A stretch of DNA of 64,000 bases from Acidobacteriota bacterium (GTDB lineage: Bacteria; Acidobacteriota; Vicinamibacteria; Vicinamibacterales; UBA2999). The DNA lies in NCBI GenBank assembly GCA_021731165.1, contig JAKFXY010000074.1:2861-66860 (forward strand). The letters are read 5' to 3'. The notes under the pieces were generated by a model, which saw only the letters and a list, made by a program, of their open reading frames with translations, was not told the DNA's origin and ran no database searches. The position numbers and the translations under genes were made by a program. Positions 63,745 to 64,000 of the stretch are shown here, piece after piece (within the stretch, counting starts at the first letter, position 1; every line of letters begins with the position of its first letter).

Positions 63745-64000
63745 ATGAGGATGTTTCGCGAAATTGTGGCGGCGGTGCTGGTGGCGGCGGCGGTCGCCTC
63801 CACCGGGAGTTCGATCGCCGCGCAGGCCGGCGCTCAGGCCGTGCCGACGGCAGGAAGGGCTGGGCAAACGGTCCGCATCGTGGGCGTGATTCGGGACGAG
63901 GCGAACGGAATGACGCTGCCTGGCATCCCCGTCGAGGTCATTGACACCAAGCAGGTCGTGTATACCGACGTCGATGGCCGGTACATCCTCGATGTGGTGC
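63745..64000 (+). CDS. TonB-dependent receptor / CarboxypepD_reg protein, 3' end cut by window edge
   Basis: The frame is open from ATG 63745 (or 63751) to the window end and is not in the ORF track. GGAGGA lies at 63735-63740. Signal peptide, then VRIVGVIRDEANGMTLPGIPVEVIDT...TDVDGRYIL. Confidence 0.5.
   Translation, partial: MRMFREIVAAVLVAAAVASTGSSIAAQAGAQAVPTAGRAGQTVRIVGVIRDEANGMTLPGIPVEVIDTKQVVYTDVDGRYILDVV

Overview
GC-rich (about two-thirds G+C by eye), densely coding bacterial chromosome segment. Gene content (DUF5916/CBM9 outer-membrane protein, MoxR-DUF58-VWA operon with DUF4159, fused membrane/spermidine-synthase protein, beta-propeller phytase, CarboxypepD_reg TonB receptors) suggests an Acidobacteriota-like organism; this is an inference only. 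ORF-track coordinates include the stop codon, and GTG/TTG starts are shown as M. Several starts were moved inward where the track ORF overlapped a neighbour or preceded an obvious signal peptide. Layout: (1) 0-6 kb housekeeping genes (SGNH-like hydrolase, DUF5916 OM protein, lepB, lytTR/lytS-type two-component pair). (2) 6.0-9.6 kb is the only clearly accessory region. It looks like a decaying chromosomal integron: an internally deleted intI remnant is co-oriented with about five minus-strand cassettes (BrnT/BrnA, a deleted DinB, antitoxin/ParE, DinB, YdeI). The cassettes are separated by attC-like imperfect palindromes that share sequence and place extrahelical bases on the same arm. (3) 9.8-16.9 kb: orphan nuoI, bifunctional homocysteine methyltransferase/MTHFR, a methyltransferase, a GT-B glycosyltransferase, lon. 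(4) 16.9-29.1 kb: a seven-gene translationally coupled TPR/peptidase-DUF4159-MoxR-DUF58-VWA operon of unknown function. (5) 29-64 kb: a phosphorus-themed neighbourhood with pstSCAB-phoU, ppx/CHAD/sixA, an orphan OmpR-family regulator, glgC, a coupled GT2-PHP-PHP-GT4-membrane-GT4 cluster, a phytase-GDPD operon facing a TonB receptor, mgtE, and phoA facing a second TonB receptor. A short TTACAC-type motif recurs in several of these promoters. I found no rRNA, tRNA or CRISPR array. The many long antisense ORFs in the track are GC-rich shadow ORFs.
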